This document shows positions 24,458-37,266 of a DNA stretch of 64,000 nucleotides, in pieces. The stretch lies in the NCBI RefSeq assembly GCF_006345805.1, contig NC_043022.1, forward strand, positions 1,054,001-1,118,000, given 5' to 3'. Numbering within the stretch: the stretch's first letter is position 1; each line of letters begins with the position of its first letter. The position numbers were made by a program, and so were the translations under genes. This stretch comes from Octopus sinensis. Lineage: Eukaryota. The notes under the pieces are model-generated. The model was not told where the DNA came from. It saw nothing but the letters and a program-made list of their open reading frames with translations, and did not search any database.

Positions 24458-25051
24458 TAAGCAATATAGGATGAAGTCCCTTACTCTACAGCAAAGGAAT
24501 TCATCAGGAAGCGTGGGCAGTATATTTAAAAAAACCGTTACGGTTGCAATATACATCATATAATTAAGGGCTAAAGAGGGTTATTCTAAAGCCAAATACA
24601 CTGAGATATAGAGATAACGAAATTTAAATTTTCTAAAGGTTAGTTGCCCGTTTTCAGTTTCAATTTTCCTGTAACAAGCGGATTATAAGTGGATAAAACA
24701 GTGTATTTGGCTTTAGAATAACCCTCTTTAGCCCTTAATTATATGATATATATATATATATATATATATATGCATGTATAGCTTCTTCATCTGTCTCAAG
24801 ATCCCCCAAAAAATAAAATTTCCACATTCTGAAAGTTTATAAATAATCATGATGTCAACAATATATTTATGTATGATTGTGACAGCTGGGCCTTCACTTC
24901 CAGTTATTCAAATTTCCTCTGGATCTGAAGTGAGCTCAGTCAATGTATTTCCTATCCAATCTGATTATCAGAAACACAAAATCTGAATAAGCAAATATGA
25001 AGTACTACCAGCTGTTTTGATCATAAATAACTCTCCCTTCAGTTTGAGTAC

Positions 25052-25135
25052 CGTTTCACTATTCCAGGATGGACTTCTACTTTTTCGTGGACTTTCCTAG
25101 TTTGGATGACGGCTGAAGGTTCTTCTATTTCTTAC
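25052..25135 (-). CDS. Candidate host exon (84 bp, phase 2-2): KKIEEPSAVIQTRKVHEKVEVHPGIVK
   Basis: Acceptor tctcttcatattgttcag|T, donor ACG|gtactc, open frame, non-repetitive sequence. Confidence 0.3.
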
Positions 25136-25216
25136 TGAACAATATGAAGAGATGTTTTTTTGTTTCCATCCAACTGACATTGCTTGTACAGAAATAGGGT
25201 ATATTGTCAAGGTATT

Positions 25217-25615
25217 GGAGTGGCTGTGTGGTAAGTAGCTTGCTTACCAACCACATGGTTCTGGGTTCAGTCCCACTGCGTGGCACCTTAGGCAAGTGTC
25301 TTCTACTATAGCCTTGGGCTGACCAAAGCCTTGTGAATGGATTTGGTAGACGGAAACTGAAAAAAGCCCATCGTATATATGCATATATATGTATGTGTGT
25401 GTGTATATGTTTGTGTGTCTGTGTTTGTCCCCCCCCCCCAACATCACTTGACAACCAATGCTGGTGTGTTTACACCCCTGTAACTTAGCGGTTCGGCAAA
25501 AGACCTGATAGAATAAGTACTAGGCTTACAAAGAATAAGTCCTGGGGTCGATTTGCTTGACTAAAGGCGGTGCTCCAGCATGGCCACAGTCAAATGACTG
25601 AAACAAGTAAAAGAG
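25217..25615 (+). mobile_element. SINE family A, full length
   Basis: Family match. Confidence 0.9.
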
Positions 25616-25783
25616 TTTAAAGAGAGTGGTCACTGAGCAACAGGAGATGAAGTGCTTTACTCAAGAACAGAACATTTCATCTGGTCTGTGAATTGAAACC
25701 ATGATCTTGTGATCATGAATGCAACAACCTAACCACTAAGCCACATGCTCTCATCCTGCCTGTACTTACATACTCAATATACA

Positions 25784-26090
25784 TCTTTATATATAAAATT
25801 GAAGTTGTGTGTGTGAGACTCTGTCTCCTCCGATTTAGATTCCTAACTACTCCCAAATTTTGCGGTGCAGTTTAACCAAAAGCGGGTATCTTATAGTCGT
25901 CATTCATATCGAGCCCTTCTGGGTATTAGCGCGCGTCTACGATGAGTCTACGATTTAAAAAAAAAATTACCATCATTTTTCCGCATTTTTAATGATTTTT
26001 GCTCGGGTTATATAAGGGAAGTAACTCTCTAAAAATGCTTATATAGTTATTTCCCTTACAAACCCGAGCAACGCCGGGCGATACTACTAT
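25784..26090 (+). mobile_element. Non-autonomous Helitron (~305 bp)
   Basis: A|TC 5' end at 25784, cccgagcaacgccggg hairpin, CTAG decayed to CTAT; reverse complement of 34319-34618. Confidence 0.85.
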
Positions 26091-26207
26091 CCGTATATAT
26101 ATGTGTGTGTGTGTGTGTGTGGAGGTGTGTATATATATATGTGTGTGAGTGTGTGTGTACACACATATATAATATATAATGTGTGTACACACATATATAA
26201 TATATAT

Positions 26208-26480
26208 TTATTGGGTTGGCAACTAAGCTCCCGCCATTTTTTAAAAGGTTTAATAAAAAATAATATTCAATAATGTATCCACCCTTGTTGTTTACAACTT
26301 CTTTTCAATACCTCGTTGGTAGAAATCACCCGATTTCGACTCGAAAAATTGATCCAGCCAAACTCTCAATTCTGCAGCAGTATTGAGCAAAACTCCGTGC
26401 ATAGCATTTGAAAGAGATCGAAAGAGGTGTATGAACAGTTCTTTGGGGTTTTGCATTTGACGACTGTTGCTTTAAGTTGG
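26208..26480 (-). pseudogene. mariner remnant: TIR plus transposase C-terminus, internally deleted
   Basis: tattgggttggcaactaag TIR; minus translation HLFRSLSNAMHGVLLNTAAELRV/WLDQFFESKSGDFYQRGIEK..VVNNKGGYIIE. Confidence 0.75.
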
Positions 26481-27753
26481 ATAATCGTATTGAGCCTTCT
26501 ACGTATTGAGACAGAGAGAGGAAAGAAGAGAGACAGCATAGCGACGGTTTTGGCTGACTCTCCTCCTTGTACTATCCTTGTTGCCAGGGAAATGGTATGT
26601 GCCGGCTGTCTGAGCAACTCGTTGCTTTTAATGAACAGGATGACAGAATAGGACAAAACAAAATTACAAAAATAGCGATTCTCACTTTGAAACTGACAAT
26701 TTTGAAAATCTTTTTAGATTACGGAACGCCCTGCTCTCTCATGTATCCGTGTTTAAAATTTCAGTGTGATCGGATGAACAATACTCGAGTTATAAGTGGC
26801 ACAGACAGACAGACAGAACAGGATTTATATATTAGATTATATATAGAGATTAGATAAGATTAGACTAGCACCTGCACCGTCCCCAACACCCCCACAAGCA
26901 GTACCAAAAGCGACTGCTGCCACAACCATCACCACCACCACCACTACAACAAGCTTGACCGTTGACATCAAAGCCATGAACGATGACAACCACCGTCACC
27001 ACCACCACCGCCACCACCACCACCACCACCACCACTGCCGCCTCAATTAAAGACCATGATACTCAGTATCACCATCACCAGCGTCACAATCACATCCACC
27101 AAACACACACTTGCCTTTGTCCATGCGGTCATTACCCATGTCCAACCATCTAAAGTTATAGTCATCTTTTTCCATGCAACAGGAGTGAAAGTTACGCCTT
27201 CATCTTTGCAAAGGTTTTATAGAACAAAATGGCCGACATTATCGTCTGCTACGAAAAGGAAACTTTCTCTTTCTCCCTCTCTACTTTTCCTCCTACCTTC
27301 TTCCTCCTCCTCTGTCTATCTTTCCTTTTTCTTCCTCCTCTCTTTCTATCTTCCCTTTTTCTTCCTCTTCTCTCCCTATTTTCCCTCTTTGTCTTCGTCT
27401 GTCTCTGCCATTCTCTCTTCCTATCCCCCTTTCTGTAGCTTTCCCCCTTCTCTCTCTCCATCTTTCCCTTTTCTCGTATACATGAATGTATACGTAACAC
27501 ATACCCATAAATATATACAGGCAGACATACATACATACACGCACGCACGTTCTCATACACACACATATATGTATTGAAATATATTGATATATATTATTGT
27601 ATGTGCGTGTGTGTGTGCAATATAACCTGATAGGTTTAATGTTCATGTATTTGGAATAAATGAATGTGACAGAAATTCTGTTTTAGTGCAATATATAATA
27701 TATTGAAATTCACAGAAAGACAAAAGACGAAGACAGGTGTATAAACAACAAGC

Positions 27754-27825
<72 letters not shown>

Positions 27826-27826
<1 letters not shown>

Positions 27827-29500
27827 TAGCAGAGACACCCGACTTTGCTCGGAATTAAAATGGCATAGTTTGTATGTAATATATTACAGTTATGTTGAAA
27901 CAGGTGATATGGGAAAGTGCAGCATTGACAACAAAACATTTGTGGGGTACATGATGGTCTAATTCAACTACGCAACATGCAATGCGTCCATTTGGAGTAT
28001 TTTATTTAGGCCCTAACCTGTCATGGAAAATTGGGTGTAGGGGCTATGTGATTTTTGAACGTACCGAAAAGCTGTCAGTGAATATACTCTCTTTTGCAGC
28101 AGTCGGCGTGTGTCTGAAATTTTGACACCTCCTTCGAGCTTGTTGTCTTACATTACTCATAAAATAAACTTGGAAGAACTGTGGTTGTTCATTTGTGAGT
28201 AGCATGGAACCAATGAGGTGATTCCTTGCCCTTGAACTTCGACGTCGGCATCAATTCATATTTAACTATCTCATAAGATGCACCAAACGATGTCATTTGA
28301 AATGCAGAGTTGTATTGTCTGATATTGTTCAGAAAATCCTTTGACTGGATGGAAGTACCTTCTAGAAGATCCATAAGGGGTTGAGAAAGAGCTGGTAGTG
28401 CTGGCAATGTTACCTGACCTCCTGAGCAAGCACATACCATTTGTTCCATTTGAAAATTTTAAAGCTCTATAGAAAAGACAATTTGTGTTTTGTACACCAA
28501 TTTGGACAGGGTTTTAATTTTTATAAGAATGGGGTGGGTCATATCTGAAAACAGCTTCAGGAGTTGTGAAGAACAAATTTGTACATAGTCTGTTTCTGAG
28601 AGCTATTTTATTGGACCTCTGTCGAATCATTAAAACACTGATTTAATGATCCACCATTATTAAGTGCTGCAACAGGCATTTGCTGATGTTGAGAAAGTCT
28701 CATCTCTCTTCAGACTCTTGCCTTCGGTTTTCTTCAATCCTCCTTGCTTTATACTTGTTTCTGGGGAGATTGTCTTTTCTTAGGTGGCATATTTTTCCCA
28801 ATATTGTAAACAAAACATTATGAACATCGAAAGAAATTATACATTAATCCCTGTTTTTGTAAGCAGTTGTATGAATGTAGCATGTTTTTACTTTTGTATG
28901 CAATATAAATTAACCAAATAGAAGCACGTGTATGAACTGCTAATTTAGCGGTAAATACCACAATAATTATTATAGATAACTTTCTTAATATATATATAAA
29001 TTTTAATTTAAGGGTAAATATGTAACTGTAAATACCTTGCAACCGCTGTGATAATTATTAACGGGTATTTGTGGCTCATTTTCTGTTTCTCCCGCTCATT
29101 CTGTAAAAAATTATTTGAAGAGAGCCGAAATTGAAAGAAATGTATGTAGGTGTATATGAAATACATGTGTGTGTGTGTGTGTGTGCGTGTGCGTGAGAGA
29201 GAGAAAGAGAGTGAAAAGATAGATAGAGTGAGGGAGTGAAGGTGTGTGTCGTGATGTCTGACGTTTTTTAAGGTCCACACACATATAGAAAATGTGAAGT
29301 CATCGTGTAAAATGTTTACGGTAGTTGATTTATGGAAAAGATTATAAAGTTAAATTTTTGAAATGCAAATATGTGAATGGAAATTAAGTTTAATTTGTAG
29401 CCGAAATAGTACTGAATCTTTTGATATCCCATACGTCAAAATTTGTAACTCGATTTTGGAATGCATAAGTGTCTGTCCTATACACACACACACACACATA
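27826..29500 (-). mobile_element. Internally deleted Helitron carrying a Rep/helicase N-terminal remnant
   Basis: 3' CTAG at 27826-27829 with ccga ctttgc tcgg hairpin; the 5' boundary near 29500 is approximate. Confidence 0.7.
28085..28790 (-). pseudogene. Helitron Rep/helicase N-terminal region, frameshifted
   Basis: MPPKKR.., AVFRYDP, CSGGQVTLPALPALSQPLMDLLEGTSIQSKDFLNNIRQYNSAFQMTSFGA, HLIGSMLLTNEQPQFFQVYFM. Confidence 0.85.
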
Positions 29501-29507
29501 TATATAG

Positions 29508-29568
<61 letters not shown>

Positions 29569-29578
29569 TATATATAAT

Positions 29579-29987
29579 GGATCTTTACTTTTTGACCTAC
29601 AGATTTAAAAAATGACCTGGTAGAATGTGTCATATAAAACATCTTTTACTCTTAGCACTTTTGAGAATAACGTGAAATTACTTCGTAATTATAAGTTTAA
29701 GTTCTCGTATTTCGGTAATTTCAACCAATCAATGACGTATATTCAGCTGAAACAATTTATTGCTGTTGACAGACTACGGCAGAAATTGTTTTCACCTCAA
29801 TAGACGTCACTGATGGGTTGAAATTGCCGAAATGCAAGAAAATAAACAACAAATATCTTACAAACAATAGAATTTTCTCAATAAAGCCAAGAGAAAAAGA
29901 TATTTTATAAACACATTCTACCAGTATACGAAGTTTAAAATTTTTTTAGTTACAAAGAAATTATTTTAAAAATCTGCGAAAAGATCC
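29579..29987. mobile_element. GGATC...GATCC MITE with chimeric arms; no TSD found
   Basis: Left arm resembles 2792-, right arm resembles reversed family A. Confidence 0.65.
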
Positions 29988-30559
29988 AAAATTTGAAATG
30001 AATATAATATCTAATATAATAGGATTTTTTAAAACATTGAATGGCTACAGGAATCGACCAGAGTAAAAGAGGAACCAGTGCTCTGTGTCAAATACGAAAT
30101 TACACTTCAATTAAGGAGGGTCCAGAAAAGAAGAGCTAAGGTCAATATGACCCACTAAAAAATAAAACTTTGGCGTCAATGCCCCAGCCTGGTCGCAATC
30201 CAATGACTGGAAACAGTAAAATGTATGACAGAATAATAGCTGGTTTGGTATGAGTGTAATAAAAGATTTAACGCCATCTGCTCTGAAACAATGTCGTCGT
30301 TTAAAAACGAGAATGGGTGGTTTGAAAAACGAAAAAGAGGGGAAAGAAAAGATGCCTGTGAAAAAAGAAGCAAAAGCAAACGTCCAATTGGTTAGAACAG
30401 ACATGACATCATCATTCAGCTTCTGAACTGTTTGTCAAATGGTTTAATGTGTATTTGTCAGTCGTTTGGAAACACATTTATTTGTTTGTTTGTTCGTTTG
30501 TTAGAAACCTCTTTGTATCAGTCACTGCGTAAACTTAAAAGGCGCCAAGAGAATCTGAG

Positions 30560-30631
30560 ACAGACAGATAGATAGAGGCAGACAGAGAGATAGATAGAGG
30601 CAGACAGAGAGATAGATAGAGGCAGACAGAG

Positions 30632-30683
<52 letters not shown>

Positions 30684-30693
30684 GGATAGAGGC

Positions 30694-30749
<56 letters not shown>

Positions 30750-30759
30750 GGATAGAGGC

Positions 30760-30802
<43 letters not shown>

Positions 30803-31130
30803 GGCAGACACAGAGAGAGAGAGATAGATAGATAGACAGATAGAGGCAGACAGAGAGATAGATAGACTACCGACAAACAGATTGATAAATAGGTAGGCAG
30901 ATAGACAGACAAACAGCTCGACAGAAAGATAGACATAGATAGATAGATAGATAGATAGATAGAGGCAGACAGAGAGATAGACTATCTACAAATAGACTGA
31001 TAAATAGGTAGAGAGGTAGGCAGATACATACATGAATAGACAGATGGATGGATAAGTAGGTAGATAGGTAACAGGTCAACAGAAGGATAGATAGATAGAG
31101 AGGGAGAGAGACTGATAGATAAGAAAGATC
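30560..31130. repeat. (GATA)n/(GACA)n compound microsatellite
   Basis: Direct. Confidence 0.95.
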
Positions 31131-31676
31131 GGTTGATAGAGAAAGAAAGATAAGAGATGGTTGAAGGGAGAGAGAATAAGGGGGGTGCAGAATCACGTGA
31201 TAATCCTTGCTCCTGGCCGATAGACCGATTTTCTTTTTTATTTTCTTCCCTTCTTTTAAACTGTGACCTTCGACCTTATTCATTTTTGCTTTTGTTCGAG
31301 ACGCAAACACACTCACCCACATTCATTCACATACACACAAGCACACATACATACATTCGCCACACACACACTCACACAATATCTTTTCCTCTCCCCCTTT
31401 GTTGTTTCGTTCTTTATTTTATATTATTTCATTTATATTTTTTGGGTGTCTTGCTTTAACATCAATATTCTGCCTGGATTTTTTGCTTTGTCTAACCGAG
31501 ACTTCAAATATTCCCAGGTCACCCTGCCCGGACATGCACGACAATTATGTCGCTACAATGTCCGCCATTGAAAAAAAGAATTGATCGAAAACTTTTTTTT
31601 CAAAATCCTACTGAATGAGTTAAACCAGCTGAAGAAGCCTCTAACAGGTCGTTACCCTGCTAGAAATAGAAACCAT

Positions 31677-32091
31677 GGATCTTTTCAGTTTGAACGGCAG
31701 TTTTTTTAAATAATTTCCATGTAACTAAACACTTTTAAACTTCCTATACTGGTAGAATGTGTTTATAAAACATCTTTTTCTCTTGGCTTTATTGAGAAAA
31801 TTCTATAGTTTGTAAGATATTTGTTGTTGCTTTTCTTCAATTTCTGCAATTTTAGCCATTCAATGACGTCTATTGAGGTGAAAACATTCTGTGCCGTATG
31901 AATATGTCCCTCGTTTAAGAAACAGATTGGGTTTATTTACATTTGTGAAGAAAAAGATACCCTTCCCCCCCTAACTAACCCTAGCCCTAAAACAGATTGA
32001 AATGCAATAGATCGATACTAGGGTTATAATTATGGGTGAAAATTTCATATGACACAGCTAGAAAAAACTGCCGTTCAAACCGAAAAGATCC
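31677..32091 (+). mobile_element. Complete Merlin-like MITE (415 bp), ~30-bp TIRs, 8-bp TSD gaaaccat
   Basis: GGATCTTTTCAGTTTGAACGGCAGTTTTT ... AAAAAACTGCCGTTCAAACCGAAAAGATCC; TSD at 31669-31676 and 32092-32099. Confidence 0.9.
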
Positions 32092-32109
32092 GAAACCATT
32101 ACCTATTAA

Positions 32110-33155
32110 TTCTTTGAACGCAGAAGGCAGGGTTGTGTTGTATGAAACTTGCTTCCAAACCGCATTGTTTCGAGTTCAATCCGACTGCGTGACACTTTTG
32201 GCAAATGTCTCCTACTATAGATCCAGACCGACCAAAGCCTTTGGGAGTAGATTTGGTAGACGAAAACTGAAAGAAGCCTGTCGAGTGTGTGCGTGTATAT
32301 TCTTTTATATTTTTATTTGTTTCAGTTAATTGGCTGCGGCCATGCTTGAGCACCGCCTTTAGTCGAACAAATTGAACCCAGGACTTATTCTTTGTAAGCC
32401 TAGTACTAATTCTAACGGTCTATTTTTGCCGAACCGCTTTGTTACGGAGATGTAAACGTACCAACATCGGTTGTCATGCAATTGTGGGGGAACGAACACA
32501 GACACAAAAAGATACATTCACACACACACACACATTATACCCATTTAAAAGAAAAGAAAATGAAGATTAGGAAGTTATTAATTTTTGTTATTAACCACAA
32601 AATGGTCGTTTCTTACAGCCGTTTCAATTAACCATTCCTTCATGAAGTTAACATATCCTCTAATTAAATTCATATATATATATAGACGCAGAAGTGGCTG
32701 TGCGGTAAGTAGCTTGCTTACCAACCACATGGTCCCGGGTTCAGTCCCACTACGTGGCACCTTGAGCAAGGACTTGTGAATGGATTTAGTAAACGAAAAC
32801 TGAAAAAAGCCCGTCATATACATACATATATATATATATATGTATATACTTTATTTAAAAGCAGCAGAAATTCAACAAAACCTGTTAGTCGGAGTTTCAC
32901 GTTCCCGTTCGTCGGACATTTATGTGTTTACTTCGGTATATATGTATATATATGTGTGCGTGTGTGTGTGTGTTTGTCTCGCCACCATCGCTCGACAACT
33001 GATGTTGGTATCTTTAGGTCCCCGTAACTTAGAGATTCGGCAAAAGAGGCCGATAGAATACGTACCAGGCTTACAAAGAATAAGTCCTAGGGTCGATTTG
33101 TTCGACTAAAAGCGTTGTTCCAGCATGGCCGCAGTCAAATATGTGAAACAAATGA
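32110..33155. mobile_element. Cluster of split SINE family A pieces in both orientations
   Basis: Head and tail segments at 32110-32290, 32310-32520, 32685-32815 and 32985-33155. Confidence 0.75.
32876..32918 (-). ncRNA. HHR-like fold (U4C core, stem III mismatch)
   Basis: tgt CCGACGA acg ggaa cgt GAAA ctc c gac TA aca. Confidence 0.45.
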
Positions 33156-33179
33156 AAGTGTGTGTATATATATATATAT

Positions 33180-33363
33180 TTCTACTCAAGGCACAAGACT
33201 CGAAATTTTGTGGGGAGTCGATTAGATCGACTGCTGCTTAATTTATCGACAATTTATCGAAAGGCAAAGACGACCTCGGCGGAATTTCAACTCAGAACAT
33301 AAAGACAGACGAAATACCGCTAAACATTTCGCCCGGCATGCTAATGTTTCTGCCAGCTCGCCG
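33180..33363 (-). mobile_element. SINE family B variant
   Basis: gacctcggcggaatttcaactcag..ctgccagctcgcc. Confidence 0.8.
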
Positions 33364-33449
33364 ACTCTTGAGCAAGTTTCTTTATTTCATGTTGCACCAA
33401 TCCAATCAGCTGCCAAAAATGAGTTGCAATTCACAGGTGCCAACCTAGT

Positions 33450-33588
33450 CATATTCCGTGTCACGCTGAATCTCCCTGAGAACTACGTTAAGGGTGCACA
33501 TGTCTGTGGAGTGCTCAGCCACTTGCACGCTAATTCCACCAGCAGGCTCATCCGTTGATCGGATCGACTGGAATCCCCGTCGGAGTGC
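33450..33588 (+). mobile_element. SINE family C, 3' fragment
   Basis: Reverse complement of 1990-2140. Confidence 0.8.
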
Positions 33589-33829
33589 TGTTAAGTGTAT
33601 ATATATATATATATATTATATATATATATATATATATAATATATATATATATAACCAGCTTAGAGAAGAAGAAGAAACGAAACGAAACCAAAAGAATCGA
33701 ATCGAATCGACGCGAAGGCGCTCAGTCATACAATAGTGTAATAAATAAAATATATGCATACATACAAACATATATGTACGTACCTATATCTACATGTATA
33801 TATACATGCATATATAAATATATATACGT

Positions 33830-34010
33830 GTGTACAGGACACCACAAATAGACGTAGAACTCAACGAGAAACGAAAATGTAAAAACAGCATGGAACGGAC
33901 CATTTTTTAACAACGAAAAAACAGAGTACAAGACAACTACACAAGGAAAAATCCCCTTCATCAGCTGTCCCTAGTTCAACTCCAGCGTATATAAGAAAAA
34001 CAGAAAATGG
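33830..34010. mobile_element. Interspersed element of unknown class; relative at 53385-53570
   Basis: Shared gtacaggacacca..gagaaacgaaaa..acacaa(g/a)gaaaaa..cccttc. Confidence 0.5.
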
Positions 34011-34318
34011 AGATAGAATTGACGAATGACAATTGATGTACACCAATTATCAGTGATTAATTAGTTATAAAAAGACAAAACTTCATCTTAACAGCTGTTT
34101 TTCCGTTGGCGTCACAATAATAATGATAATTATCATTGTAAGTAATTAACTATACCAATTTCAATAGCGGAACTTCATCAGACCGGAAAAGTAAATAAAA
34201 AGATACAAAAAGAAGAGAAAAGAAAAAGGAGAGAGCGAGAAAACGATGATATATCAATACATATTATATGCTGTCCCGATGGGGAACTTTTGACCGACTT
34301 TAGTTCTTTTATAACTAA

Positions 34319-34618
34319 CTAGCAGTATCGCCCAGCGTTGCTCGGGTTTGTAAGGGAAATAACTATATAAGCTTTTTTAGAGAGTTACTTCCCTTATATA
34401 ATAGCAAAAAAATGCATTAAAAATGGAAAAAATGATGGTAATTTTCTTTTAAATCGGAGACTCATCGTAGACGCACGCTAATACCCAGAAGGGCTCGATA
34501 TGAATCACGACTATAAGATACCCGCTTTTTGTTAAACTGCACCGCAAAATGTGGGAGTAGTTAGGAATCTAAATCGTAGGAGACAGACACCACACAACTT
34601 CAGTTTTATATATATAGA
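34319..34618 (-). mobile_element. Complete non-autonomous Helitron (300 bp)
   Basis: 5' TC at 34618, 3' CTAG at 34319-34322, inserted between A and T, subterminal hairpin. Confidence 0.9.
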
Positions 34619-34960
34619 TTAATAAATGATAATTGGTGTACATAAATTGTCAGTCATCAATTTTACCTCCATTTTCTGTTTTCCTTAAATATTGATAAAC
34701 TTCGGTTTAGTCTTGTCATTACCTATCATTTATGAGCATTAATGCTTAATGCTCATAACCGCAAATAGGTAATATACCAGTTGATTCATTGGATCCAAAT
34801 ATCTCTCAGACGGTTGTTATAACCTCTCACCTAACTTGCCTATTTATATATAATGGATAATCTCGGACCCGAGTTTCTGACTTTACAAAATACGGTTGTT
34901 ATTGTAAATTTAATGATTGTGAATGGATTTAGTAAACGAAAACTGAAAAAAGCCCGTCAT

Positions 34961-35002
<42 letters not shown>

Positions 35003-35137
35003 GTATATATATATATTCCTGAGCGCCATACTAATACAATTGTTTGTTTGTACTCCACCTGCCTTCGTCTTTTGTTTATTTTCATAAAGCTTCCCGTTAT
35101 ATATGTATATACTTTATTTAAAAGCAGCAGAAATTCA

Positions 35138-35181
35138 ACAAAACCTGTTACTCGGAGTTTCACGTTCCCGTTCGTCGGACA
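35138..35181 (-). ncRNA. HHR-like fold (U4C core)
   Basis: tgt CCGACGA acg ggaa cgt GAAA ctc c gag TA aca. Confidence 0.55.
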
Positions 35182-35428
35182 TTTATGTGTTTACTTCGGT
35201 ATATATGTATGTATATATATATATATATAGATTCACCTGTGACGAAATTTTGAAATATCGCTACATCTTGACAGTTTATTCGGCTGAACGCCTAGCCGTT
35301 AACAACCGAGATCAGTGAAAAGGTTTCCTATAAAAATTTTAAATATCATTACAATGCAATAGTATCACTTTCCAGCCAAATAAAGCACTGTAAAGGTAGA
35401 ATTATACAAAAGAAATAGTGGCACAGCT

Positions 35429-35632
35429 AGAAAAAATCCAGGCCTGTCAAATCTGAGGAACGTGAACTCCAGTTGACATTGCCATAGCGTGAGGTTCTCT
35501 CCAGAGAACTGACATAGCAACTGCATTGTTTCTTTTGAGGTACGAGCAGTTACCCCATATTGCTAAAACAACATGAAGTCTACTTTGCATGGCCTTCACG
35601 TTCCCCAGACTTGACTAGCCCGGATTTTTTCT
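35429..35632. mobile_element. ~200-bp MITE-like element with ~38-bp imperfect inverted ends
   Basis: agaaaaaatccaggcctgtcaaatctgaggaacgtgaa vs ttcacgttccccagacttgactagcccggattttttct; no TSD identified. Confidence 0.5.
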
Positions 35633-35699
35633 TGTGAGGATACCTGAAAAGAGGGTTTACGTCAACAAACTGGAGACCCTGGAATAATTACTAGGACCC

Positions 35700-35830
35700 T
35701 GGAATAAGTACTAGGAGACCGATAGAATAAGTACTAGGCTTACAAAGAATAAATCCAGGGTTCGATTTGCTCGACTAAAGGCGGCGCCCCAGCATGGCCG
35801 CAGTCAAATGACTGAAACAAGTAAAAGAAT
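35700..35830 (+). mobile_element. SINE family A, 3' part
   Basis: Family match. Confidence 0.8.
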
Positions 35831-37194
35831 TTTTTAAAAAAGGTGTGAAGAATCAACACAACAACGTGCAGCACAGACACGGATGAAGTGAAACACAACA
35901 CGGCGTTCGGTTGTCATGGTAACAAACTGTTAATGTCTCGTTGTCTGTTGATTGGCTAAAATTACGCAAATTTCCCAACTTTAATTCCAAATAACATCAG
36001 ATGCTTTAATTTACGAGATGAAGTAATTGCTCGATCGTAATTAAAATTCAGAGTTGCATCGGTACACCAAAATTAAAGAGGACTCATTTTGTGAATGAAA
36101 CTAATTAGATCTACAAAACAAAAACACATTAGTGTCGATACAAATAACAGACACACGCACACACACACACACACACGCACAACTTACACACAGACACGCG
36201 CACTAACACACACACACAACTTTGTTTTTTCGGTGCTTAGGAAATTCAGTTCGGCCTTCTCCAGTGTGTCATTTTCTGAGGGAGTAGGAGATTCGACTGC
36301 TATTTCAAGGAAGCCGAAAATATGAGGGTTTTTTTTTACCTGGCATTCCTTCGATATAGCTCGACAATGTCGGGACATTTCACTTCGGGTATTTCCGTGG
36401 GTTGTGGAGTATAGATATAACGAAATTATGCCAGCAATGTCTCATTTTAAACTTGAAGAAAAAAAGCCTTGCATATTTGTTCTTACCTGGTTTTTGTTTT
36501 TTTTTTGTTGTTTTTTTTTTTAAATCTAGTTTCAGCTCAGAGATGCGGCCATGCTGGTGCACCGCCGTTTGTAAAATCCGCAAATTTCCAAGCAGAAAAC
36601 AGAATCGAACTTTCATTTGCTTCCACAGAAATTACGCGAAGTGAAGTGTTTTGATTTTGTCGAGTTATATCGAAAGAATGCCTTTTACCTTTTAATATTA
36701 GGGCCTGCTCGCACAGCAGCAACAACAACAACAACAAAAACAACAGCAGCAGCAGCAACAGAAACGTGAACCACAACAATAGTAACACACCACCAAAAGC
36801 AACAACAACAACAATAACAACGACAGCAGCCGCTTGAAAAGCAACAAAAAACAGCAGCAACCTGATATCAACACGACCGCAACAACATATCGTCTGCCTC
36901 GCATCAACATCAAAGTAACGAACGCTGTTATGCCTGCCTACTTTCACTTTGTCTTTCTCTGCGTCTAAGAGTGAGGTAGACGGGGGGGGGGTGAGCTTTA
37001 ATTATGGCGGTTCATGTACACCACGTGGCGAAGTGTATGTGCCGTGTCTCCATCGGTGTGTGAATGCATTTCTATACACATGGTCTGTTTGAAGCTTCTC
37101 AACGTTTTTATCTCTCTATGTCTGTCAATCAGACAACCTTTCTGTCTGTCTATTTGTCAGTCAATGTCTCTTTATCCCCCCCTCTATCTATCTA

Positions 37195-37266
<72 letters not shown>

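Noticed and set aside
24484-24515. gcttcCTGATGA..tgtag, related to the 53200 family
   Set aside because: GAAA and stem III are missing, so it cannot fold as an HHR.
33955-33975. CTGATGAAGGGG on the minus strand (CTGAAGAAGGG at ~53520)
   Set aside because: No downstream GAAA in either copy.
36184-36420. Protein-like minus frames (EVKCPDIVELY.., EIAVESPTPSENDTLEK..)
   Set aside because: The piggyBac-like similarity is only about 10 residues, and there is no suitable splice acceptor in frame.
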